NCBI GenBank assembly: GCA_016935435.1 | Contig: JAFGQZ010000053.1 | Coordinates: forward strand, 3,558 to 67,557 | Reading direction: 5' to 3' | Origin: Bacteroidales bacterium | GTDB lineage: Bacteria; Bacteroidota; Bacteroidia; Bacteroidales; UBA10428 | Length of the DNA: 64,000 nucleotides | In this document: piece by piece, positions 44,944 through 53,971 of the stretch | Layout: every line of letters begins with the position of its first letter | Numbering within the stretch: the stretch's first letter is position 1 | The notes under the pieces: generated by a model | What the model was told of the DNA's origin: nothing | Database searches by the model: none | What the model saw: the letters and a program-made list of their open reading frames with translations, nothing else | Position numbers and translations under genes: made by a program

Positions 44944-46911
44944 TTATTTTAGGTTGTTTTTCAATTCATTCAGAACCGAATCGTGAACAGTTATTTCGTA
45001 TTTGTTGCGTAGTTGCTTTATCCATTCCTGTTCAAGGAAATTCTGATAGTCGGCAATGTAAAGGCCCCTGGCTTCGTTTAGTTGTTTCTGTGAAACGGGC
45101 AAAACATCTTTTACATAATAAAAACGAAACTTGTTTTTGTCTTTTATGCTTGTATTATAGCCTTTTTTGGGGCCAAGCTTGTCGGCAAAAGAATCGACGC
45201 CTTTTTCGTACCGTTTTTCTTTAACCTGCACACAAGGCAATGTGTCGTTAGGGCAAAGCTTAGAATTAACATAAGCTATATTTTGTTTGCCCGTGGCGTA
45301 TTTCTTTGCCAGTGAAGGCAGTTTGGCAGTAAACGATGAGTCGGTATATTCAAAAATTAAGGTTTCGAAGCGGGGGTTCCAGTTGTATTTTTTTGCTGTT
45401 TTGAAGAAAGCATTCAGACCGGTTGTGTCGTCTTGTGCCCGTTTCCATACCGTGTCGTTGGTAAGGTTGAAAAGCAAAATGCCATCGTGGTATTCTTTTA
45501 AAAGATATTTAAAATCGGGGTTTTCTTTTTCGAGCCTGTTAATTGCATAATCGTGAAGGCATTGTGTAGCAAAGCTTTCGGCGTTTTTTTGCACTATCTC
45601 GCTGAAGTTGAGCCTGTGCGATGCAAATTTATTGGCTTTCGAAAGGAAAATAGCATAATCGTACAGGGTATAATCTTTTTCGCCAACGGTAACAATTTTG
45701 TCGGTTAAGCCTTTAGCAGGGGCAGGATCCCAGATTTGGGCATAAATTGTGCTATCGATATAATTAACAAGCGGGGTGGCATTTTGAGGATAGAAACTAA
45801 AACCGTATTTGTTTTTTAAGTTAGTGTTTAGTGTGTTATCAATCAGGTTCTTGTGGTCTTCACTTTTTTCTATTTTCGATTTTAGTTCGTTTTTAAGTTC
45901 GTCAAAAGTTTCAACGGGCTTCTTTTCCAGAATTTTAGCTATATGGTATCCTCCGGGGGTTTCAATAACACCTGAAAATTCACCTTCCGAAAGCTTATGG
46001 CATGCATCGAGAAACACTTCTGGGGCTGTGCCTGTTTTTAGCCAACCAATTTCACCATTAAACTTTTTAGTGCCGGGGTTTTCGGAATATTTTTCAACCA
46101 TTTCGTTCCAGTCGGCCCCCGATTTAAGTTCAGCATAAGCTTTTTCAAGTTTTTCTTTAGCAGCAAGGCGTTCGGGTTCAGTGGCCTCTTTTTCGTATCG
46201 GGTCATTATATGGGCTACTTTTACCTCTCCGCGGTTAGGGCGCGAGTCGGTTATTTTAATCAGATGGTAGCCATACATTGTGCGCACAGGTTTCGAAACC
46301 TGCCCAACAGCAGTGTTATAGGCAGCAGTTTCGAACGGATAAACCATGCGGAAAGCGCTAAAATAGCCCAGGTCGCCTTCGTTTTGTGCATCGCGGGGGT
46401 CCTCTGCGGCTTCTATTACAATTTTTTCGAACGGCTCGCCGCCCACAATACGGTTGTAATAACCATATATTTTGTTGTATGCTGCAAGGGTGTCGGAAGG
46501 GCTGGGGTTGCGGTCGAGCCTTACCATGAGGTGAGAGGCCCGAAGTTCGGTAACTGTGCGGTTATAAGCTTCTTCAATATATTTGTTTTCTATCTCGTTC
46601 ACACTCAGGTATGGCTGTGCCAATTGACGGCGATATCCTTCGAGTTCGTCGATAAACGAAGCAACGGTATCGTAACCTAAATTTTCAGCTTCAATAACTT
46701 TTAGTTTAAAATTGATAAAAAGATCGAGGTACTCATCAACCGACTTTTTTTCAGTTTCGGGGGTAATGTTGTTGTTTTTGGAGAAAACCCTTATAAATTC
46801 CTCGGCGGTAATATTACGGCCATCAATGGTCATTAGTGTTTTTGTGTTTTCCTGGCTGAAAGCAACAACCGAAAATACCAATGCTGTCAGTACAGATAAA
46901 ATCTTTTTCAT
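44944..46911 (-). CDS. large parvulin-type peptidyl-prolyl isomerase (two PpiC domains)
   Basis: 655 aa. Signal peptide. Two parvulin blocks: EGDLGYFSAFRMVYPFE..MYGYHLIKI and NGEIGWLKTG..TPGGYHIAKI. Confidence 0.8.
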   Translation of the reverse strand: MKKILSVLTALVFSVVAFSQENTKTLMTIDGRNITAEEFIRVFSKNNNITPETEKKSVDEYLDLFINFKLKVIEAENLGYDTVASFIDELEGYRRQLAQPYLSVNEIENKYIEEAYNRTVTELRASHLMVRLDRNPSPSDTLAAYNKIYGYYNRIVGGEPFEKIVIEAAEDPRDAQNEGDLGYFSAFRMVYPFETAAYNTAVGQVSKPVRTMYGYHLIKITDSRPNRGEVKVAHIMTRYEKEATEPERLAAKEKLEKAYAELKSGADWNEMVEKYSENPGTKKFNGEIGWLKTGTAPEVFLDACHKLSEGEFSGVIETPGGYHIAKILEKKPVETFDELKNELKSKIEKSEDHKNLIDNTLNTNLKNKYGFSFYPQNATPLVNYIDSTIYAQIWDPAPAKGLTDKIVTVGEKDYTLYDYAIFLSKANKFASHRLNFSEIVQKNAESFATQCLHDYAINRLEKENPDFKYLLKEYHDGILLFNLTNDTVWKRAQDDTTGLNAFFKTAKKYNWNPRFETLIFEYTDSSFTAKLPSLAKKYATGKQNIAYVNSKLCPNDTLPCVQVKEKRYEKGVDSFADKLGPKKGYNTSIKDKNKFRFYYVKDVLPVSQKQLNEARGLYIADYQNFLEQEWIKQLRNKYEITVHDSVLNELKNNLK

Positions 46912-47338
46912 GAGATAAGTTTTGTTTATGTTGAAACCGATATTTATTTGATTTTAAGGTTCCAAATATAGCCGAAAGTTGAGTAACTACAAGCACATAA
47001 AGCTTTAGTATTGACAAATAATTTTGTGTAGTGCAGCTGTCGGTGTTTTTTAATAAGCCTTATTTTTAATGGTTTTGTGAGTATTTTAAAGATAATTCAG
47101 ACAGCTTCCCGGTGTGTTTGATAGCCGTATTTTTAACTTCTTTTAACACATAAAGCTTTTTTAGTTTTTTTTAAACTTAGTAATAAATATGGGCCGAATT
47201 AAATATCAAAACCCCAAATAGGCTTTTTATGCAAAAATGGCATTGAATGCAATATTGGAATAAATAATTGATTTCATGTTTTAACGAAAATTCATCAACT
47301 TTAGGCAATTATTAACAGGCTATGCTTAAAACATTCAT

Positions 47339-49240
47339 TTGCAACAATACCTCGACATATTAAAAAAATACTGGGGATACGAGTCGTTCAGGCCTGTGCA
47401 GGAAAGCATTATCCATTCGGTAATGGAAGGAAAAGACACCCTGGGGCTTTTGCCCACCGGAGGGGGCAAGTCGATAACTTTCCAGTTGCCTGCGTTGGCA
47501 AACAAAGGGGCATGCCTTGTTGTTACACCGCTTATTGCTTTAATGTCGGATCAGGTTAACCGGTTGCTAAGTATGGGCATAAAAGCTGTTGCCATACATT
47601 CGGGCATAGGCAGGCACGAAATGCAGGTTGTGCTCGACAATGCTATGTATGGGGCGTATAAATTAATTTATGTTTCGCCCGAGAGGCTCGATAGCGACGA
47701 TTTCAGAAACCGGCTAAGGCATACCGATATTAGTTTTATTGCTGTTGACGAGGCACATTGTATTTCGCAGTGGGGCTACGATTTTCGGCCTTCGTACCTT
47801 AGAATTAAAGCTGTTCGCGATTTAAAGCCCGAAATACCTGTTTTAGCTCTTACAGCAACTGCTACCCCTAAAGTTGTAAATGATATCCAGCTAAAGTTAG
47901 GCTTTAAAGGCAACCATGTTATAAGTACCAGTTTCGAAAGAAAAAACCTGGTATATTACGTAAGGCATTCCGAAAGCAAATACAACGATTTGTTGAAAAT
48001 AATTGCATCGGTTGGAGGGGCAGGAATTATTTATGCACGCAGCCGAAAAAAAACTAAAGAAATTGCCGATTTGCTGCGCCGCGAAAAAATAAGTGCCGAT
48101 TATTACCATGCCGGGCTGAATTACGAAGTAAGGACTAAAAAGCAGCACGACTGGATGAGCGGCAAAACCAGGGTTATTGCTGCTACAAATGCCTTTGGAA
48201 TGGGTATTGATAAGCCCGATGTTCGGTTTGTTGTCCATATCGATTTCCCCGATTCTATCGAGGAATATTTTCAGGAAGCCGGGAGGGCTGGCCGCGACAA
48301 CAAAAAAGCTTTTGCTGTGCTTATCGCCGGCACACGCGATAAAATGGTTTTGAACAAACGCATTGCCGACAGCTTTCCCGATACTACATTCATTAAGAAC
48401 GTTTACAATGCTGTGTGCAACTATTTAAAAGTGCCAATTGGTGGGGGCAGGGGTATTGCATTCGATTTCGATTTACAGGCTTTTGTTTCGGCCTATAAAC
48501 TTCACCCGGTACAAACCTTTAATGCCCTTAAACTGCTTGAGCAGCAAGGGTACCTTACACTTACCGATGAGTTGCAAAATTCTTCACGCGTTTATTTTGC
48601 TGTCGATCGCGACGATTTGTACAGGTTCCAGGTAAAAAACAGTAGTTTCGACGGGTTTATTAAACTCGTACTTCGCTCGTACACCGGACTGTTTACAGAG
48701 TATGTGCCCATTAACGAAGAAACCCTGGCCAAGCGTGCCGGGCTTACCCGCGATATGGTTTACCAGTATTTTGTGCGCCTGGCAAAAATGAACATTATTA
48801 AGTATATACCCGGTAAAAAGTCGGCTCTACTGGTGTTTACAGAAGAAAGAATGGGCGATAAATCGATTTTTATTTCGGCCGAAAACTATCATTACCGTAA
48901 AGAAAGGTTTGTAAAACAAATTGAGGCCATAAGCAATTATGCCTTTTCGACAACAAAATGCCGCAATGTAATACTGCTGGACTATTTTGGCGATACTACT
49001 GCCACAGACTGTGGGCAGTGCGATTATTGCCGCGGAAAAACAAGGGTTTTTGGCAACGAAGAGAAGGCGGCAATTACAAATTATATCCTTTCGACATTAA
49101 AAACAGCCCCCTGTTTTCCCGAAGAATTGGCTGAAAAAGCTAAATTCGACCCCGAATGGCTTTCGGAAACGGCCATGAACCTGCTTAACGATGAAAAAAT
49201 CAGGTATAGCAACGAGGGAAAACTCGAGATTGCTCTATAA
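47339..49240 (+). CDS. recQ: RecQ-family ATP-dependent DNA helicase
   Basis: 633 aa with a TTG start. Walker A LPTGGGKS, DEAH box AVDEAHCISQWGYDFRPSY, ATNAFGMGIDKPDVRFVVH, QEAGRAGRD, and zinc-binding CRNVILLDYFG..CGQCDYC. Confidence 0.9.
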   Translation: MQQYLDILKKYWGYESFRPVQESIIHSVMEGKDTLGLLPTGGGKSITFQLPALANKGACLVVTPLIALMSDQVNRLLSMGIKAVAIHSGIGRHEMQVVLDNAMYGAYKLIYVSPERLDSDDFRNRLRHTDISFIAVDEAHCISQWGYDFRPSYLRIKAVRDLKPEIPVLALTATATPKVVNDIQLKLGFKGNHVISTSFERKNLVYYVRHSESKYNDLLKIIASVGGAGIIYARSRKKTKEIADLLRREKISADYYHAGLNYEVRTKKQHDWMSGKTRVIAATNAFGMGIDKPDVRFVVHIDFPDSIEEYFQEAGRAGRDNKKAFAVLIAGTRDKMVLNKRIADSFPDTTFIKNVYNAVCNYLKVPIGGGRGIAFDFDLQAFVSAYKLHPVQTFNALKLLEQQGYLTLTDELQNSSRVYFAVDRDDLYRFQVKNSSFDGFIKLVLRSYTGLFTEYVPINEETLAKRAGLTRDMVYQYFVRLAKMNIIKYIPGKKSALLVFTEERMGDKSIFISAENYHYRKERFVKQIEAISNYAFSTTKCRNVILLDYFGDTTATDCGQCDYCRGKTRVFGNEEKAAITNYILSTLKTAPCFPEELAEKAKFDPEWLSETAMNLLNDEKIRYSNEGKLEIAL

Positions 49241-49262
49241 ATTTAGTTAATGTACTAGCTTG

Positions 49263-49306
49263 TTTTCTGCATTGCCACGGATTTAAACCCGTGGCAATGC
49301 AGAAAA
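49263..49306. terminator. perfect 18-bp-stem hairpin downstream of recQ (terminator-like, lacks a canonical U-tract)
   Basis: TTTTCTGCATTGCCACGG (49263-49280) is the exact reverse complement of CCGTGGCAATGCAGAAAA (49289-49306). The loop is ATTTAAAC. Confidence 0.4.
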
Positions 49307-49338
49307 AAACTGTTACATTTGCAGAAAATTCGATTTGA

Positions 49339-49974
49339 ATGGATAGTTTTGACAGTGCAGTTTATTCAAGAAATACAATTGAGTTTGTTACCGTAGCAAA
49401 TGAGTTTTGCAAATACCTCGAAAACTGCGTTGATGTTGCTTTGCCTGAATTTGTCGATACTGCACACCGTGTACTTCCCCTTTTGTACCTTAAAGCTACC
49501 CTGTTGCCGGTAATGGAAGAAGCTTACGAAGAGTTTAACGAAAAATTTGTTACCGAAGCGGCTTATAACCAAATACAGGAGGCACTTATACAAAAATTTG
49601 GCAACTTTAACCTTTACGACGAAATTTTAGACCCACTGAGGCAGGAAAATGACGAGCCGGCCCAGCTAAGCATTGCCGAAACTTTTGCCGATATATACCA
49701 GGATGTTAAGGACTTTTTAATGCAATACCGTACAGGTGCCGACGAAATTATGATAAATGCTGTTTGGGAGTGCAGGCAAAGCTTCGAGCAATACTGGGGG
49801 CAAAAAACAGCGAACCTTATGCGTGTATTGCACCACCTGAAATATACTATTGTTGACTTAAATACTGATACTGGCAATGAATTGGGCACTGACAAAAATA
49901 CAGACTTTAATAAAATTGATACAAAAAACTGGTTTATTACACGCATGCAGGAGGGATACAGCGATGAGGAGTGA
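49339..49974 (+). CDS. DUF5063-like protein
   Basis: 211 aa. Acidic helical protein. The position between recQ and a 3'-5' exonuclease matches my recollection of DUF5063 genes in Bacteroidota. No catalytic motif. Confidence 0.45.
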   Translation: MDSFDSAVYSRNTIEFVTVANEFCKYLENCVDVALPEFVDTAHRVLPLLYLKATLLPVMEEAYEEFNEKFVTEAAYNQIQEALIQKFGNFNLYDEILDPLRQENDEPAQLSIAETFADIYQDVKDFLMQYRTGADEIMINAVWECRQSFEQYWGQKTANLMRVLHHLKYTIVDLNTDTGNELGTDKNTDFNKIDTKNWFITRMQEGYSDEE

Positions 49975-50548
49975 GTTTGCGTTCAGGCCTACCATATCTA
50001 AGGAAGAAATATCAGAATTGCCTGTGCGCCATTTTCAGGGCGAAATTTTTTATATCGATACCTACGAGAAATTTATGAAGGTTAATGGCTTTCTGAAAAA
50101 CGAAAAAGTACTTGGGTTCGATACCGAAACACGGCCATCGTTTAAGAAGGGGGCCACCAACGGAGTGTCGCTATTGCAATTAAGCACAGTAAACAAGGCT
50201 TTTTTGTTCAGGATTAATAAAATAGGGCTGCCCGAAGAACTGAAAAGCATACTATCGTCGGACGAAATTTTAAAAATTGGCGTGGCAATACACGACGATT
50301 TGATATCGCTAAAAAAAGTTGCCCATTTCGTGCCTGCCGGTTTTATCGATTTGCAGCATATTGCTAAAGACTATGGCATTGAAGAAAAAGGGCTTAAAAA
50401 ACTGGCCGCTATTGTTTTAGGCTTCAAAATCAGCAAGCGCCAGCAAACATCGAACTGGGAGGCCGAGGTTCTAAGCCAGCCCCAAATCGAATATGCTGCT
50501 ACCGATGCCTGGGTGTGCTACGAAATATATAACCGGCTAATGCAATAA
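49964..50548 (+). CDS. 3'-5' exonuclease (DEDDy, RNase D / WRN-exo-like)
   Basis: ExoI motif VLGFDTETRP, ExoII GVAIHDDL, ExoIII YAATDAWVCYEIY. The ATG at 49964 is preferred over the ORF-track start at 49877, which lies deep inside the preceding gene. Confidence 0.85.
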   Translation: MRSEFAFRPTISKEEISELPVRHFQGEIFYIDTYEKFMKVNGFLKNEKVLGFDTETRPSFKKGATNGVSLLQLSTVNKAFLFRINKIGLPEELKSILSSDEILKIGVAIHDDLISLKKVAHFVPAGFIDLQHIAKDYGIEEKGLKKLAAIVLGFKISKRQQTSNWEAEVLSQPQIEYAATDAWVCYEIYNRLMQ

Positions 50549-50549
50549 T

Positions 50550-51737
50550 ATGGCTTCAGAATATATAAAAGTTGTTCTAAAAAAAGGAAAAGAGCAGTCG
50601 CTTAAGCGTTTTCATCCCTGGGTTTTTTCAGGTGCAATAAAGCAAATCAACGGAAAGCCCGACGAGGGCGATATTGTTGCTGTTTACGATATCGACGGCG
50701 AGTTTTTGGCCCTCGGCCATTACCAGATAGGCTCAATTTCTGTAAGGGTGTTTTCGTTTGAGAATATCGAAACTGGTTACGCCTTTTGGAAACAAAAACT
50801 CGAAAATGCCTATAACCTGCGAAAAGTATTAGGGCTTGCAGGTACAGAGCATACCAATGTTTACAGGCTGTTCCATGGCGAAGGCGACGGCATGCCCGGG
50901 CTTATAATCGATTATTATAACGGCACCGCAGTAATGCAGACACATTCAATTGGGGCATACAGGATGCGGGAAGTGCTCACTGAAATTTTAAGGGAAATTT
51001 ATGGGCAACAATTGAAATCGGTTTACGACAAGAGCGAATCAACCATACCCTTTAAGTCGGCAATAAATGCCCGAAACGGCCATTTTTGGGGCAATACAGA
51101 AAGCGAAATTGTGAAGGAATATGGATTGAATTTTGAAGTAAACTGGGTTGAAGGGCAGAAAACAGGTTTTTTTGTCGATCAGCGCGAAAACAGGCGTTTG
51201 CTGCAGATGTACGCTGCCGGGCGTAATGTGCTGAACATGTTTTCTTACACCGGTGGTTTTTCGGTATATGCCCTCAGGGGAGGGGCACAAATGGTGCATT
51301 CTGTCGATAGTTCGGAAAAAGCTGTTGAACTGGTAAATAAAAATGTAGCCTTGAACTTTGCAAATGCAAACCACGAAGCTTTTGCTGTTGATGCTTTTAG
51401 TTTTTTAGATGGCATAAAAGACAAATACAACCTGATAGTGCTCGACCCGCCAGCATTTGCAAAACACCTCAATGCATTGTCCAATGCCTTGCAGGGGTAT
51501 AAACGTTTAAATCAAAAAGCATTTGAGCAAATCGCACCTGGTGGTATTGTTTTTACCTTTTCATGCTCGCAGGTGGTAACCAAAGAAAACTTCCGAAAAT
51601 CGGTGTTTGCTGCGGCAGCCAACGCACGGCGCAACGTGCGCATTTTGCACCAGCTTGTCCAGCCTGCCGATCACCCGGTTAGCATTTATCATCCCGAAGG
51701 GGAGTATTTAAAAGGGCTTGTATTGTATGTCGATTAA
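50550..51737 (+). CDS. rlmI: class I SAM-dependent 23S rRNA m5C methyltransferase (RlmI/RlmK-like, PUA domain)
   Basis: 395 aa. N-terminal PUA-like block KKGKEQSLKRFHPWVFSGAI. SAM fold VLNMFSYTGGFSVYA and VLDPPAF. Catalytic FSCS. Confidence 0.8.
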   Translation: MASEYIKVVLKKGKEQSLKRFHPWVFSGAIKQINGKPDEGDIVAVYDIDGEFLALGHYQIGSISVRVFSFENIETGYAFWKQKLENAYNLRKVLGLAGTEHTNVYRLFHGEGDGMPGLIIDYYNGTAVMQTHSIGAYRMREVLTEILREIYGQQLKSVYDKSESTIPFKSAINARNGHFWGNTESEIVKEYGLNFEVNWVEGQKTGFFVDQRENRRLLQMYAAGRNVLNMFSYTGGFSVYALRGGAQMVHSVDSSEKAVELVNKNVALNFANANHEAFAVDAFSFLDGIKDKYNLIVLDPPAFAKHLNALSNALQGYKRLNQKAFEQIAPGGIVFTFSCSQVVTKENFRKSVFAAAANARRNVRILHQLVQPADHPVSIYHPEGEYLKGLVLYVD

Positions 51738-51786
51738 GCCTGATACAACGCAATCAGCCTTATTTACTTAATAATAAATTGTTTGA

Positions 51787-53826
51787 GTGAAACCCCCAAT
51801 AGCAAATAAAATCCCTCGCGAACTTACCCTGCACGGACACACGCGCACCGATAATTATTATTGGCTTAACCAAAGGGGCACACCCGAAGTTGAAAGCTAT
51901 CTGGACGCCGAAAACCAATATACTGTTTTTGCGCTGTCGGATGTTGCCGGACTAAAGGAAAAACTATACCAGGAAATAACCGGCCGGATTAAGCAAACCG
52001 ATATGTCGGTACCCTATAAAGAAAACGGCTACTTCTATTATACACGTTATGAAGAAGGCAGCGAGTACCCGGTCTTTTGCCGCAAAAAACACACGCTCGA
52101 AGCCCCCGAAGAGATAGTGCTAAACGTAAACGAAATGGCACGGGGGCATAAATTCTTTAATGTTTCGGGCTATACCGTTAGTCCCGATAATAAAATGGCG
52201 GCTTATGGGGTCGATACCAGGGGAAACCGTATTTACACTATTTTTTTTAAAAATCTCGAAACTGGCGAAATTCTCCCCGGTACCATAAAAAACACATCGG
52301 GGGGCGCTACGTGGGCAGCCGACAGCAAAACGGTTTTTTTTACTTTGAAAGAAAAGAAAACCCTACGCTCTTACCAGGTGCACAGGTATATTGTTGGTAG
52401 TAGCGCTAAGCCCGAACTGGTTTATCACGAAACCGATGCAGCATTTCATTGTTACGTTTATAAAAGCCGTTCGAAGAAATACATTATCATTGGCTCATCG
52501 GCTACCACTACCGATGAATACCGTATTCTGGAAGCCGGCAAACCATTTGGCAGTTTTAAGGTTTTTCACGAGCGCCGGCGGGGTTTGGAGTATTCTATTG
52601 GGCATTTTAACGAAAAGTTTTATGTTCGAACCAACCATAATGCAGTTAATTTCTGCCTTATGGAAACCCCTGAAACCGAAACATCAATAGAAAACTGGAA
52701 AACCATTGTTCCGCACCGCAGCGATGTTTTGCTCGAAAATTTTGTGCCCTTTAACAATTTCCTGGTTATTGAAGAACGCATTAAGGGCATTAACAACCTT
52801 CGGGTAATTAGCCATAAATCGGGCAATGAACATTATATCGATTTTGGCGAAGATGCATACGTAGCCTGGGTGTCGGTAAACCCGGAGTTCGACACAAATA
52901 TTATCCGCATAGGTTTTTCATCGCTCACCATTCCGGTATCGACATACGACTATGATATGGAAAACCGCTCCTTCAACCTGTTAAAGCAACAAGAAGTTGT
53001 GGGGGGCTACTGTGCTGGCAATTACAAAAGCGAAAGGGTGTATGTAACAGCCCGCGATGGGGCAAGTGTTCCGGTATCGCTGGTTTATAGCCGTAAAACA
53101 ATAATTGGCAGCAACACCCCCTTTTTGCTCTATGGATATGGTTCGTATGGACACTCAATGGAGCCTTATTTCAGCTCGGTAAGGCTGAGCCTGCTCGACC
53201 GTGGTTTTGTTTTTGCCATAGCCCATGTCCGCGGGGGCGAAGACCTGGGGCGCACATGGTACGACAACGGAAAACTTCTGAACAAAAAAAACACCTTTTA
53301 CGATTTTATCGACTGCGCAAAATATTTTATTGTGCATAATTACACATCGCCCGATAAGCTTTTTGCAATGGGGGGAAGCGCAGGCGGGCTGCTGCTTGGG
53401 GCGGTGATAAATATGGAGCCCGAACTGTTTAAAGGCATTGTGGCAGCCGTGCCCTTTGTAGATGTGGTTACAACCATGCTCGACGACAGCCTTCCGCTTA
53501 CAACGGGCGAATACGACGAGTGGGGCAACCCCAGGGATGAAACCTACTACCATTATATGTTATCGTACTCGCCATACGACAATATTCATGCCTGCAACTA
53601 TCCAAATATGCTGGTTACAACCGGTTATCACGATTCGCAGGTACAATACTGGGAGCCGGCAAAATGGGTTGCAAAACTTCGCGAAATGAACACAGGCAAC
53701 AACCTTATTTTGCTGCATACCAATATGGAAGCCGGACACTCAGGGGCATCGGGGCGTTTTAAACAGCACCTCGAAACCGCATTGGAATACGCTTTCATAT
53801 TAAAAATAGCTGGAATTACCGGTTAA
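51787..53826 (+). CDS. ptrB: S9A serine peptidase, oligopeptidase B-like
   Basis: 679 aa with a GTG start. N-terminus RTDNYYWL, nucleophile elbow MGGSAGGLL, and C-terminal DSQVQYWEPAKWVAKLR..EAGHSGASGRF. Confidence 0.85.
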   Translation: MKPPIANKIPRELTLHGHTRTDNYYWLNQRGTPEVESYLDAENQYTVFALSDVAGLKEKLYQEITGRIKQTDMSVPYKENGYFYYTRYEEGSEYPVFCRKKHTLEAPEEIVLNVNEMARGHKFFNVSGYTVSPDNKMAAYGVDTRGNRIYTIFFKNLETGEILPGTIKNTSGGATWAADSKTVFFTLKEKKTLRSYQVHRYIVGSSAKPELVYHETDAAFHCYVYKSRSKKYIIIGSSATTTDEYRILEAGKPFGSFKVFHERRRGLEYSIGHFNEKFYVRTNHNAVNFCLMETPETETSIENWKTIVPHRSDVLLENFVPFNNFLVIEERIKGINNLRVISHKSGNEHYIDFGEDAYVAWVSVNPEFDTNIIRIGFSSLTIPVSTYDYDMENRSFNLLKQQEVVGGYCAGNYKSERVYVTARDGASVPVSLVYSRKTIIGSNTPFLLYGYGSYGHSMEPYFSSVRLSLLDRGFVFAIAHVRGGEDLGRTWYDNGKLLNKKNTFYDFIDCAKYFIVHNYTSPDKLFAMGGSAGGLLLGAVINMEPELFKGIVAAVPFVDVVTTMLDDSLPLTTGEYDEWGNPRDETYYHYMLSYSPYDNIHACNYPNMLVTTGYHDSQVQYWEPAKWVAKLREMNTGNNLILLHTNMEAGHSGASGRFKQHLETALEYAFILKIAGITG

Positions 53827-53912
53827 GGGTTGGCAACTTTTCGCTGAATTACTTCATGGTGGTTTTTATTTACATAGAGGCTTTTAATGAATCCTTGTCT
53901 CAGTTTACAAGA

Positions 53913-53936
53913 TTTTTCAGAATATATCCTGAAAAA
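53913..53936. terminator. weak AU-rich hairpin between convergent genes
   Basis: TTTTTCAG-aatatatc-CTGAAAAA, an 8-bp stem. It lies between ptrB (+) and the RNA methyltransferase gene (-). Confidence 0.3.
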
Positions 53937-53971
53937 TAATCATGCCTGTTAATAACCGTCACCTTTCCGCC

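Noticed and set aside
46912-47338. A 427-bp non-coding gap upstream of recQ, inspected for a small RNA, tRNA or hidden ORF.
   Set aside because: I could recognise no cloverleaf, no strong hairpin, and no ORF with a plausible motif. It is treated as a divergent promoter/leader region only.
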